A stretch of 49,562 nt of DNA from Octopus bimaculoides (taxonomy: Eukaryota). Position numbers and translations under genes: made by a program. The notes beneath the pieces are model-generated. The model was not told where the DNA came from. It ran no database searches and saw only the letters and a list, made by a program, of their open reading frames with translations. Shown here piece by piece: positions 37,791 to 49,562 of the stretch; the first letter of the stretch is position 1; each line of letters opens with the position of its first letter. The DNA is taken from assembly GCF_001194135.2 (NCBI RefSeq), contig NC_068983.1, forward strand, positions 156,085,866 through 156,135,427, in the 5' to 3' direction.

Positions 37791-39893
37791 CCGTTATTGA
37801 ACAGCAGCCTGCATAATTACGTTTGTATCCGTCACTAGTGTCAGTAAAATTCCTAGAAACGCCTTACGTAGTCACCCTTTCAATATAGACGAATGAAAAT
37901 TTACTATATCAAATTGGGTGAACTTGCCCTGCCTATATTCTGGTTAGTTTTAAACCACGAAATATCCTCATTGGTATTAAGTCACAATATGATTGAATGT
38001 TCCCCTTATGTCGTCATTGATCTTTCTCAATATATGAGTGCTTGCCAACCCGATTTGCGACTTAGCCTGATTAATCAGGTGACATTTGGGGTTACAGGCA
38101 AAATTTAGCTTGTGGCCTTTATAGCGGTAGAGGAATTTCTCTTAACTAACGCTTTCACCTTATCAGCTATACCAAAAATGCTGTTTGGTTTCGTTGTTCG
38201 AACTATAATATGAATATAATGTAGTCGTCTACGTTTCTATATGATGTTATACTCTAAAAGTCTATCGTATGTGCAGGGGTCTAATCTATATAATTTTTTC
38301 GTTTTGTCAGAAAAGAGTAAAGCCCTATCCGAATTACTTAGCAGACGTAAATCGAAAGAAAGTTACGGCACCAGCATTGCGTCCAACAATAACAGCAACA
38401 ACTGCAGCGATACCAGCTGCAGCGATAACACCTGCAGCAGCAGAAGCACTAACGGGAGGATATGCTAGTGACAACACCAACGGCAGCGATAACAACAGCA
38501 ACAACAAAGTATCCTTCACGTCCTTGATAGTTATTTCATATATATAATTTTGATCAGTTACTTTATTTACAAAAATTTCGCCTGTTTTTGTTATTTCCGT
38601 ATTTTCATTTCAATAGGTGTGTTAATAAGCCTTTTTCGGCACATAAATCCTTGAAGATGTTTATGAATCACTTCTGTTCATGCAATAACAGAAGATTCAT
38701 TTTTGGTGTCGTTTATATAGTCTGACAATTCAGAAAGGTCTTTTGATATTCTTTCTCCTTTTTTTTTTGTCTTTTGGAATGTTTGATGTGGCTCAATGCG
38801 ATATTTTGCTACATTTTTATTCTTCTGTTCAGCACCTTCCCAGGATGTTTGAATGTTATATCAGTTAACAACGTGTAACTATTTGGTGTGGTCATGAGTA
38901 GTGGCACGAACAGAATCAGCAGCGTAATGTAATGAATCGGGTAAATTATATTATAATTACCAATGACAGTTTTCACTTTTTTTAAAAGTGCAGTGAGGAA
39001 TTTTTTTTGATCTTCTCTGTTCTATTACTGATCCGATAAAAGCTGTTTTACATCCAGAGGATTTAGTATTCTGAATTCGCTGATTTGTATTGCTGTGTAT
39101 GAATATCATGATCGGTAAAAAACCCTTACATTGAGCTGTCAAATGACATTCATAAATCTCGACAAGCGCCCTATTGATATAACTTTATTTCTATTTCTAA
39201 TTTGAATATTTACTTGCATCGGTAATAGTGACCTTATGCATGTTCGAAAATATGTATAGTCTCCAAACATGGTTCTTCTCATATATATATATATATGTAT
39301 ATAGTATTTGTGTGTGGTATGATTGATTAACGATGTTTTCAAACAAAGGAAACAATTTTTATTGGTTAAGGCAATATACATGCTACATGAAACATAAATT
39401 TGGATTAATTCCAAGGTAGCATAACAGCAAGGACTGCTACAGTTTTGATGCAATAAACGTGTAAATATTTTAAGTCAATCGAACACATACAAGTTAGAAT
39501 ATATTGTTCTATGTTCTTATTGCAAAAGAATGTCGATTTCCCATTAGAAATTTTGCTTTCTAGTCCCGTATGCCAGTGGCTTAAGGAAGGTGCAAAAGGA
39601 AATATACCCAATCTACCTGTCAGTCCTCAGACTGTGTTTTCTGTAATTGTTTTTCAATGTTTGGCGAATTCTTGATGCTTGAGGGTATCTCTCACTCCCA
39701 TTTCGCATTTGTGCCAAACGCCACCAAATGATCGGTCTACCCCATCCCTTTCCAAAAGATTTAATTTCAACAAATCAAGAAATGTATTTTGTTCGTTATT
39801 TAATATAGTCTTATTCATTTTTGGTTATTCAAATACATACCATTCTTCCTGCCGAATAATCTCTTTTAGCGGATTGTTTCGCATACATACATA

Positions 39894-40233
39894 GGCGCGG
39901 GAGTGGCTGTGTGGTAAGTAGCTNNNNNNNNNNNNNNNNNNNNNNNNNNNNNNNNNNNNNNNNNNNNNNNNNNNNNNNNNNNNNNNNNNNNNNNNNNNNN
40001 NNNNNNNNNNNNNNNNNNNNNNNNNNNNNNNNNNNNNNNNNNNNNNNNNNNNNNNNNNNNNNNNNNNNNNNNNNNNNNNNNNNNNNNNNNNNNNNNNNNN
40101 NNNNNNNNNNNNNNNNNNNNNNNNNNNNNNNNNNNNNNNNNNNNNNNNNNNNNNNNNNNNNNNNNNNNNNNNNNNNNNNNNNNNNNNNNNNNNNNNNNNN
40201 NNNNNNNNNNNNNNNNNNNNNNNNNNNNNNNNN

Positions 40234-40266
<33 letters not shown>

Positions 40267-40484
40267 ATATGTTTGTATGTCTGTGTTTGTCCCCCCAACA
40301 TCGTTTGACAACCGATGCTGGTATGTTTACGTCCCCGTAACTTAGCGGTTCGGCAAAAGAGACTGATAGAATAAGTACTAGGTTTCCAAAGAATAAGTCA
40401 TGGGGTCGATTTGGTCGACTAAAGGCGGTGCTCCAGCATGGCCACAGTGAAATGACTGAAACAAGTAAAAGAGTAAAAGAGTAT
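39894..40484 (+). mobile_element. CORE-like SINE family 2, second copy (centre in gap 39924-40233)
   Basis: Head ggcgcgggagtggctgtgtggtaagtagc. The 3' half is near-identical to 34550-34754. Confidence 0.85.
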
Positions 40485-41711
40485 ACTTAAATACATATTT
40501 ATTTCGTTGACGTATTTGATTATTATTCTAAAATCTGCCCGACGTCCAGCCGATTCTCTGGATATTAGGAAGTGAATTAGCTGTAACAGAGACCAATACA
40601 TAGTTCACAAATGAGAGTGATTTAATGACCCCTAGGCGTGTCGATTTGCATTACCTATCTAATCCCATACTCCAAACTGCACAGATTCGGAAAAATGGTC
40701 TTCATTGCTTCTCTGGTTCTTAATGTCCGAAGAACAAGACATTGTGTAAGATTCCTAACAAGGCTTTCTCTTCTTAACCTGAAAAGTATTAAGTTATTTG
40801 ATTTACTGAAACATCTTAAAAACAATTGAAACAGTGCTGAATACTGAAATCGTTTTTTTAAAAATCTGTTTGTCACATTATTATTTTCCTTACATCATAG
40901 CTTGGTGTTCACCAGTCCTATTTCCCTAATTCAAAATTTAACACAAAATTGCGCCTATGACAAATCAGTAACTTTACAGTCATCAAATTGTATATAAGAG
41001 CATCATAGTTACCCTTTCTTTATGTGTTTAACCGCTGAAACATAAATATATCATAGTTTGGACGACCATGTGTACTTTGCAGCCATCCTACATATATTTG
41101 ATCGAAAGTTTCCTGATAGCAGTTTGTGTGGTCCTAAACAAGTGCTTTCATTAACTAGTTTTAAAGTTTTAAGTGCCGTCTTAAAATACACAGTCACATA
41201 CACATACATGCTTAAATACATACATACTTGTCTGTGTGTGTATGTGTCGTGTGCGTGTGTGTATTGTGTATGTGTGTATGTTTGTGTGTGTGTTGTGTGT
41301 GGGTGTGTGTCTGTGTCTGTGTCTGTGTGTATGTGTGAGCATCTTCCAGCCCGATCCGAATTCTTTACGCTCACGGGAAGTCATGGAATTATGGTCTCGT
41401 AAATTCCCTTCACTTCAATAAGCAGTCTGTTTTCTTATATTAGCCTCAATAGAAGCAATTCGTAATGATCTTAGTATTGATGGCATTCGAGTAATTGAAT
41501 AATTTGAGCTAAGAGCATAAGAACTGAAACATGTATCGCAAGGCATATCCTTTGAGTTTCTAAGATTTCTGCCAAAATAGCAATTCATATATTTATTCGA
41601 GAAAGCTAAAAGTTGAAATTAATCGCTGCAGAATCTGAAGCCAGAGCCTGGACAACTATAATACAATGTGAAAACAAAATGCAAACTAATATATATATAT
41701 ATATACATGCA

Positions 41712-41734
41712 GAGATAGATAGATAGATAGATAC

Positions 41735-41778
<44 letters not shown>

Positions 41779-41828
41779 GTAGATAGATAGATAGATAGAT
41801 ATATAGATAGATAGATAGATAGATAGAT
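41712..41828. repeat. (GATA)n microsatellite
   Basis: Seen directly. Confidence 0.93.
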
Positions 41829-42284
41829 GGATAGTCATATATGTTTTTTTGTTGCGGAGGGATATGTCGTGAGATATAGAATATATCGTACAGTATTCTA
41901 AATTTATTAGCTATCGTTATAATATGCACGAAAATGTAATCGGCTTTTGAAATTGGGAAGCGTGATATAGACAGCATGATATGGGAAATTGTAATTATAT
42001 TCCTCAATTGCAATTCAAAATCGAAATGAATCGTTTCAATATAAAATGGTAATTGGGAATTTAAATGAATTATCTGGGAAGATAATAACACTCCTGGATT
42101 TTATTAATTTATATTTTTGTATACTTTCAGTAATGTGTGTATGATAAAGTAATAATATCGACAGAGATAAAGGAATGCAGCGATGATTGTCCAAGAAAGT
42201 GAACTTGAAGCGTATAATGCAACACATGAACTAGACCTTTTAACACGCATGTATGTTTGTGTGTGTGCGCGCGTTTACAAATAT

Positions 42285-42352
<68 letters not shown>

Positions 42353-45300
42353 NNNNNNNNNNNNNNNNNNNNNNNNNNNNNNNNNNNNNNNNNNNNNNNN
42401 NNNNNNNNNNNNNNNNNNNNNNNNNNNNNNNNNNNNNNNNNNNNNNNNNATATATATATATATATATATATGCACATATATATACACACATATATATACA
42501 TATACATATATATATATATACATATATATAATATCATATAATATATATATATATATATATACATATATATATAATATGTATTTATATATATATATATATA
42601 TATATCATCTATCTGCATCTTTCTATGTATATACATGCGTGTGTGTGTATAAACACTTCGATATATCTATGAGTACACACTCACATGCATATACATAAAT
42701 TCTAGTACCTAAATAGAAGCTCGCTAATTGGTATGAAATATAATCAGGATGGATAGAGTTTGCTGACGCTCAAAATTACGTTTATCTAGCAAGCATCGTA
42801 CTGTCATCAGTAAACAACTGCCGGAGATGACCTTGTTTCAAATTCACATGGATGCCTTCGCGGTGACTATATTCTATGCTTAACGTCGCATGCTTTACAG
42901 ATAGAGCAAATTCAAGGCCAGAATTTAACTCGTCACTAGATGTTGTAACTTTGTGCAATCTGATGCACGTTGCTCACTACAAAGGTATGTGAGAGCCATT
43001 TCACTAGACATAATGTATTCTCTGCTATATTTCTAGATACATTTGCCACATTCTAGAGCTGTCTGATATATCATTAATGGGAATGACTCAAGTATGTGTT
43101 TTATGAAAGATTATCGTATAACTAATGCAAATGTGTGCAGTGGGAATCTAAAGCTATATAGAAGCATCGCTAACTACATACACTGGAGCATATTTTGTAT
43201 ATGCACAGTTTCGTTCATAACAGACATGTAGCATGCTATGAAGATACCAGGACTGGAGAAAAGGTATTCAAGTACGCAGCTTCCCAGTAAATTGTTTTAT
43301 GAAATATGCATTGGCATTATTTCTGTTATCGTATATTCTTTCGTTAAGCTCAGTGTAATGATCTAAATCATTCCCATCTCATTATATGTGTGTATGTGTT
43401 TCTGGGTGTGTGCTTCAAGTTTGATCCCAGTTCGACGATGTTCTTGCTTTAGTTGTTTTATAATGTAAATATGAAAACGTATTGTTGTAGTTGTTCATCA
43501 CTAATCTTCTAGATCTATGATTAAATGTGTTGCAGCCATGAGAACCCAGTGTGTAATATTTCGTGACAGGAAATGATGTTTACATTCTAAAATGCATTCG
43601 CCATTTCTTAACACGCTTCTGTATGAGGTTTGAGAGTTTTGGTAATAGGTCGAGCGATTTCACTGAACAGTACAACTCAAACATGTTCAACTGCTATCCG
43701 CTTTCCATCTACTCACAATTTTTTGATGTAATACAGCTTTTGTAATGTGCATACACATAATAGCAGGCGGATAAATTTAGTTTCAGCTACTTTTTTGATA
43801 AGGATGACTACTTGCTACAGATCCAATCTTCTACGAATATTGATACATCAACGTTTCATTTTGATTTCTAATTAATACAGATCAATTTTCGTTGAGCCTC
43901 AATTTATAATACAAATTATTATGCCACTTTTGTACAGTTATAATGCCGTAAATGTTAAATATACATGTCGAGTAGGCCAACTCTTCGTTAAAAACGCTTA
44001 GCGAGACCGAACAATTTAACTCGTCAATTCAACGAAACGCAAACAGGTCTTCTTGATGTTTTGCAAATGTCCCTTTAGCAACCAATTGACATTTATCTAT
44101 ATATCAGAATTTATAATTTTCTTTAATATCAGAGGCAGAGACGTATAAAATTATACACTTTGATCCGCGGTGCCTATGTAACAAACCCCACCAACCGGCA
44201 AATAGTACCTTCCCCTTTCGGAAAGCACTGGTATACAGAATCTCTACTTGACTGTTAAGATGAGATGCTATGAAAATATAGGTTGTTTCAGATCACGAAA
44301 CATACAAACATCGTGGACATGTGGATATTTGTGTGATTTGTACTGAAACGGTTACCATCTTAATTTCTCTATAAGTCATGTGTGCTTTAATCATTATGCA
44401 TAATAACATTAATTATATACCAGCACTTTCAGTTTATAAGTTAAAGGTATCAGTAATAGATTATAACATTCATCGCTGAAACAAATAAAAACAAAACAGA
44501 AAATTAAATTTGAATAATCTTCAACAACTGTATTCCATCTGGGATTCGATAATTTAGCAATTTTCTTGTTTCATCTTCGAAGCTTGAATGATCAAGTGTC
44601 CCAGCTTAATACAGTGTTTCTTTCTTTAATATCATCCATTGATGTAATGTTTTTAATGTGTCAATGGAAGTAGTTTAAGATCCACCGAGACATTGTTATA
44701 TTGTTGCGTTTGGTATTCTCTGCGGTAAACATTTGCACATGACTTACTCAGATGCATTTCATTCTTACGAGAGTGATACGATACGGCGCCAAACGTTATT
44801 CTAATTATTCAGTTGTATAGTCGAAGGTTCCGCTTTTCATATGGACTCTGGCTAATGGTTACAAATTACAATTTTGATAGTTATCGATTTTTCTAACTGT
44901 CCTTGTTATTAAAATTCATAGTAACTCTACCACCGTTCGTAATCACATATTTATCAAACTAACGGGGAGTAACCTGTTGATGTGATTCTGTGGCAGAAAA
45001 TGCACACTATTCTTTTGCTTAAGTATTGACCATTTAGTGAGCAAATTTATTTATTTCTAGAACTGTCTTAGTTTTCTTTACTTATCCGAATTTTCGCAAT
45101 ATTTTACATCGTGGCGCGTGATTTCTTGGACTGCATTTCATTCACCATCTGGAAAATAACATTTGAAAAATATCCACTCATCACCATCTCGAAACACCGT
45201 AGGTCTACTACGTGTATTTGAATATCGAGAACACCCCAGTGGCTCATAGACAATGCTAGAATATGCACAGTCATTTCAGAAAGAATTTTAGTCCTGTGTT

Positions 45301-45821
45301 TTTAGTTAATTGTATAACATTAAAATCTGCTAGACCACCTACATCATAAATAAAAATAAGTGACCTGCTTTCGGTTATTTTAAATCCTTCCTGAATAAAT
45401 TAAAACATTCTTCTTTCAATTTCGAAGTATAAATAAACCGTAAACTATGGTCGTCATCTTTTTAGGTCGAAGGAACGAAACACCCTTCGTGCTTTTCATA
45501 GGAGTTTGTATGACAGAATTGAATTCTCACCCATATACACACACATTACACACACATACGTACACATACGTACACATACATAAGTTTATACCTACATATA
45601 AGACATATATATACAATAGTATAAGAAGAAATGCTATTAAAAATAGTTTCCTTTCATTAAAAATTTATCAGACAGAAGAAAATAAAGTTTAGTTGATATG
45701 TCTATGTCCCTACGATTGTTTATATATATATANNNNNNNNNNNNNNNNNNNNNNNNNNNNNNNNNNNNNNNNNNNNNNNNNNNNNNNNNNNNNNNNNNNN
45801 NNNNNNNNNNNNNNNNNNNNN

Positions 45822-45868
<47 letters not shown>

Positions 45869-46189
45869 TGTGTGGAGAGAGGGATCAGAAGAAGACAGAA
45901 GGGGTGGGTGAAGAAGAGGATATTGAAAAATGTAGGAGCGTGGATATAAAACTACGTTAATAATGGGTGAAATAGGTGAAATTTGAAAGGTGACGTAGAC
46001 TTGCAAACTATCCAAACAACAGGTGAGTTATGGAAAAGGGAAGGATATTATTTTAGAGTTTAAGATTAATAGTTGAGGATGGAGCGTTGTATCGGGGAAG
46101 GGTTATAATGGAGATTATCGACTTTATAAGAGGTACAGTGTAATTCAAACAATAACGTATATATCTATTCTTTCATGAAGCATAATAGG

Positions 46190-46438
46190 GAAGTTTGCTT
46201 CTCGAGGCATGCCGACTCATAAGGGTCGGTTTCCCGGGTTCCATTGCGTATAAATTCCCCACCTGGACAGGACGCGGTCCGTCGCAGGATTACTTATTTT
46301 TGCCAGGTGAGTGGACACGAGCAACGTCAAATGAAGTTTATTGCTCAAGAACACAATGCGTCGTCCGGTCCAAGAATCGAAACCACAATCTTACGGTCGT
46401 GAGTCTCACACTCTAACCACTGAGACAGGCGCTTCCAC
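46190..46438 (-). mobile_element. tRNA-derived SINE family 3
   Basis: Revcomp begins gtggaagcgcctgtctcagtggttagag (A-box) ...gtttcgattc (B-box) ...tgtgttcttgagcaa...aatcctgcgacggac...gaaaccgacccttatgagtcggcatg. Confidence 0.75.
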
Positions 46439-46741
46439 ATAATGGCAGATTTGAACTTGAATATCTGTTATGCGCTACAAATGAATGCTTCACCGGTTCA
46501 CTGGTGCACAGGGAAGTGGAAACACCACAATGTTTCGACCTCTTGTTATGTTTCTTCAGTTGAAGCTACGTCAAGACTATAACGATGAATGTCAGAAGTG
46601 AATGAGCTTTTGTTTATAGGAATCAGTATATATACTATTTGACGATCTGTGCAAAACAAAAAAAATAAATAAACATGATGTTAACGAATGAGTAAAATAT
46701 GAATAAATATATGAAGGAACATAAAAATACGTAACTGATAC

Positions 46742-46816
<75 letters not shown>
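46742..46816. repeat. (AAT)n microsatellite abutting gap
   Basis: Seen directly. Confidence 0.95.
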
Positions 46817-47277
46817 NNNNNNNNNNNNNNNNNNNNNNNNNNNNNNNNNNNNNNNNNNNNNNNNNNNNNNNNNNNNNNNNNNNNNNNNNNNNNNNNNNNN
46901 NNNNNNNNNNNNNNNNNNNNNNNNNNNNNNNNNNNNNNNNNNNNNNNNNNNNNNNNNNNNNNNNNNNNNNNNNNNNNNNNNNNNNNNNNNNNNNNNNNNN
47001 NNNNNNNNNNNNNNNNNNNNNNNNNNNNNNNNNNNNNNNNNNNNNNNNNNNNNNNNNNNNNNNNNNNNNNNNNNNNNNNNNNNNNNNNNNNNNNNNNNNN
47101 NNNNNNNNNNNNNNNNNNNNNNNNNNNNNNNNNNNNNNNNNNNNNNNNNNNNNNNNNNNNNNNNNNNNNNNNNNNNNNNNNNNNNNNNNNNNNNNNNNNN
47201 NNNNNNNNNNNNNNNNNNNNNNNNNNNNNNNNNNNNNNNNNNNNNNNNNNNNNNNNNNNNNNNNNNNNNNNNNNNNN

Positions 47278-48735
47278 GACCCAGCACAGCAGCTCAGTCA
47301 AGGAGACGAGCTGGAGAAAGGCCTGTTTGACAAGCGGCGACCACATCTGTTCACTGTCTAGGTAGAATATCTGGCAAAGCTGCTGCATGTCTACGCATGC
47401 CTAGCCCTCCGCGTAGAGGCTGCTTTCAGCAAATGGACCGTCTCACCAATTGAACCTGTCCCCTCCACAAGAATTTGAAGAGGAGGCGCTCCAAATTGGC
47501 GAGACGCGAACAGGAGCGATGTACGCATTCACCAATTTTGTACGACCTTTCAGTGACAGCCTCCTCGCAGCCCATTTTTGGATGAGACTAGCTACTCTGT
47601 TTGTCACCTCGTCCCAAGTCGTATCCAGCTAAGGTCTGGTCCTAACGAAACCCCAAGATCCTTTACAGTCAATCCGTCCAGCACCCAAGGAAGTTGTTGG
47701 ATGGTATAGACTATCTTCTCCAGGTACCGAGTTGCAAGCCCAGCGAATTTTCCTTAAAGTCTTGCACTCCTGTAAAACTTTTATATTCCTCCAATGATGT
47801 GCCGACCACCTCGATTTCTGATGTGTCCGAATACCTCGATTTCTGAGGTGTCCTACACCATCACGGTGATTTCGTCCTCATAAGCCGACACAGCCCTTCC
47901 ACGTCCCGGTTTGAGCGGGATGCTTTGCAGCAGTTCCATCTTCTGAAGTAAAGGTTCAAGAGTCAATACGTACTGAAGAGAGGAGAGAAGGTACCTTTCA
48001 CGGACTGATCGACAGACCTGAAGCGGTTTCGAGAGGTGGCCATTGAAGTTGACTACCGAACTGATGCCGCCGTGCATCGCAACGATCCAACCTTTGAAGA
48101 CAGCCTCCAGGGCCCGATGGTTGAGCTTATAGAATGCTTTCGATTAATCAAGCTTGATCAGCGCTCACTGAAGACAGGTTTAAATCCTACCCTTTCTATC
48201 GCAAGCGGTGGAGGTTGTCGTGTATTAACCTGGTCGGGATTGAGCAGGTTTGCACCGCCCCAACCAAATCCCCAACCACAAGCGCCAATCGTCTCGCTAA
48301 CACTTTGTCCAAAATCTTAAACTCAGTGTTGAGCAGAGTTATGGACCTGAAGTTATCTAATGTGTCCCTCTTGTTTTCGTCTTTCCTTATCAGCTTCACT
48401 ACGCCTCGGTTCACTGAACTGGAAATACTCCCATTCTGCTGCCAGTTGTAGGAGGGCGCTTCGGGGAGATCGGACAACAAGTCTGGTATACTTACGTAAA
48501 GCTCGCAAGGCAGACCATCCAAACCGGGTGGCATGTGCTTCGTGCAGCCGAAAGGGCATCCTGAATTTCGGCTGAAGTTATCTGCCTTTTGCACCGCTCA
48601 GCCATCGGCCGTCGAAGTAGAAACTGGAATATGCCACTCACCCCGAACAACTGAGCAAAAGGCCTCACACATTTCTCTGGAATCGCTCAGCTCTTGTCCG
48701 TCTCTGTTAGTCAAAGATCGAATCAGAGCCGAGAG
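47278..48735 (-). mobile_element. L1/Tx1-clade LINE, RT region pseudogene
   Basis: PGLDGLPCELY...NFRSITLLNTEFKIL..LARRL...QTCSIP, then NGHLSKP...RSVRERYLLSSLQYVLTLEPLL...AYEDEITV (decayed QGCPLSP and YADD), then LSLKGR and GGLGM. Multiple stops and frameshifts. Confidence 0.9.
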
Positions 48736-49486
48736 ATGACCAAAGCTTTTGTCAGTCATCAAGCATCAAGGTGCAGGCAAAATTCTCCTGCTTGTAGACG
48801 AGAAGATGTTCACTATGAGCGCTAAGGTGGATCGCAGAAATTTTCGTGTGATTGCATACAACACCTCTGACGTCCCCTCTGTGATTGAGACTCAGAATCC
48901 TGCCTCTGTGATGGCATCTGGCGAGTGATAGAACTGTCATGAATCCACACTTCATTGAGTGTGGCCTGAAGATCGGCACAAAGCAGTAACAGGACATCCT
49001 GAAGAACTCTCTTTTACCTTGGATGGAACAGAAGTCTGGGCGTGATAATGTGGTGCTTACCCAGGATTCTGGATCATGTCATGGGTCAAAAGCAGCACAG
49101 GCCTTCCATGGTGACAAGGTGCCATTTTTTGTGAGGGCCAACATCTAGTCCAGTAATAGCCCAGATCTCAACATTTTCGATTACTTTTCATGAGGTGTAC
49201 TTCAAGCAAGGATCAAGGCTTCACCACACTCGAGTGTCAACGGTTTGCAGACCTGCATCGTCCGCGTGACAAGCAAAATAAAAAGGCGCATTTCGATGCA
49301 GCTGCAAAACAATTTCGTTCTCATGTGGAGGCAGTAATTGCCCAAAAGGGCGGCCATATTGAGTGATAAATGCTTTTGTTGTAATAAATGTTGCATTAAA
49401 ATTATATCTGTCTACTAACATTATTTTAGTATTTATAACCAGTTTTACGCATCGTAAAAATTAACTCAATTTATCTGCAAGACCCT
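48736..49486 (+). mobile_element. maT/mori-type (DD37D) transposon, 5'-truncated remnant
   Basis: LVDEKMFT...RRNFRV...NPASVM...QDSGSCH...NSPDLNIFDY...VIAQKGGHIE*. All three D are retained, with 37 residues between the second and third. Ends ...aagaccc before a TA run. Confidence 0.88.
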
Positions 49487-49562
49487 ATATATATAAATTT
49501 AGAGAGTGAGAGAGACACACAGACACATGCAGACAGAGGCAGACAGATAGAATGATGCAAAT

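Noticed and set aside
40655-40790. Minus-strand segment with ttttcag acceptor and gtaatg donor
   Set aside because: Every frame hits a stop before or at the donor.
46521-46560. CTGAAGA...GAAAC hammerhead-like words on the minus strand
   Set aside because: Helix II does not pair and the cleavage position is G.

Overview
AT-rich eukaryotic draft-genome sequence, saturated with microsatellites and broken by many N gaps that almost always abut a microsatellite. The SINE families resemble those I know from octopus, so the source is probably an octopod cephalopod (inference, not a search result). No host protein-coding gene can be supported. Nearly all listed ORFs are microsatellite or gap read-through, or transposon remnants. 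The window holds decayed transposable elements (TEs) of many kinds. DNA transposons: one near full-length DD34D mariner with terminal inverted repeats (TIRs), a second mariner half, two DD34E-type Tc1 remnants, two DD37D maT-type remnants and a pogo/Tigger-like MITE. Retroelements: CR1/L2 3' ends, an L1/Tx1 reverse transcriptase (RT) region, two kinds of Penelope-like remnant, several restriction-like-endonuclease (RLE) LINE 3' ends, and at least three tRNA-derived SINE families. The most interesting patterns are (i) at least three RLE retrotransposon families stacked in (TAA)n tracts, plus a non-coding repeat with the same target, (ii) a 3' tail shared between a CORE-like SINE and the CR1/L2 LINE remnants, (iii) a tandemly duplicated, near-complete tRNA-like cloverleaf, and (iv) weak hammerhead-like motifs and one candidate 84-nt exon. 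I see no convincing new multi-gene system. Most signals fit known TE biology, although some families may be uncatalogued.
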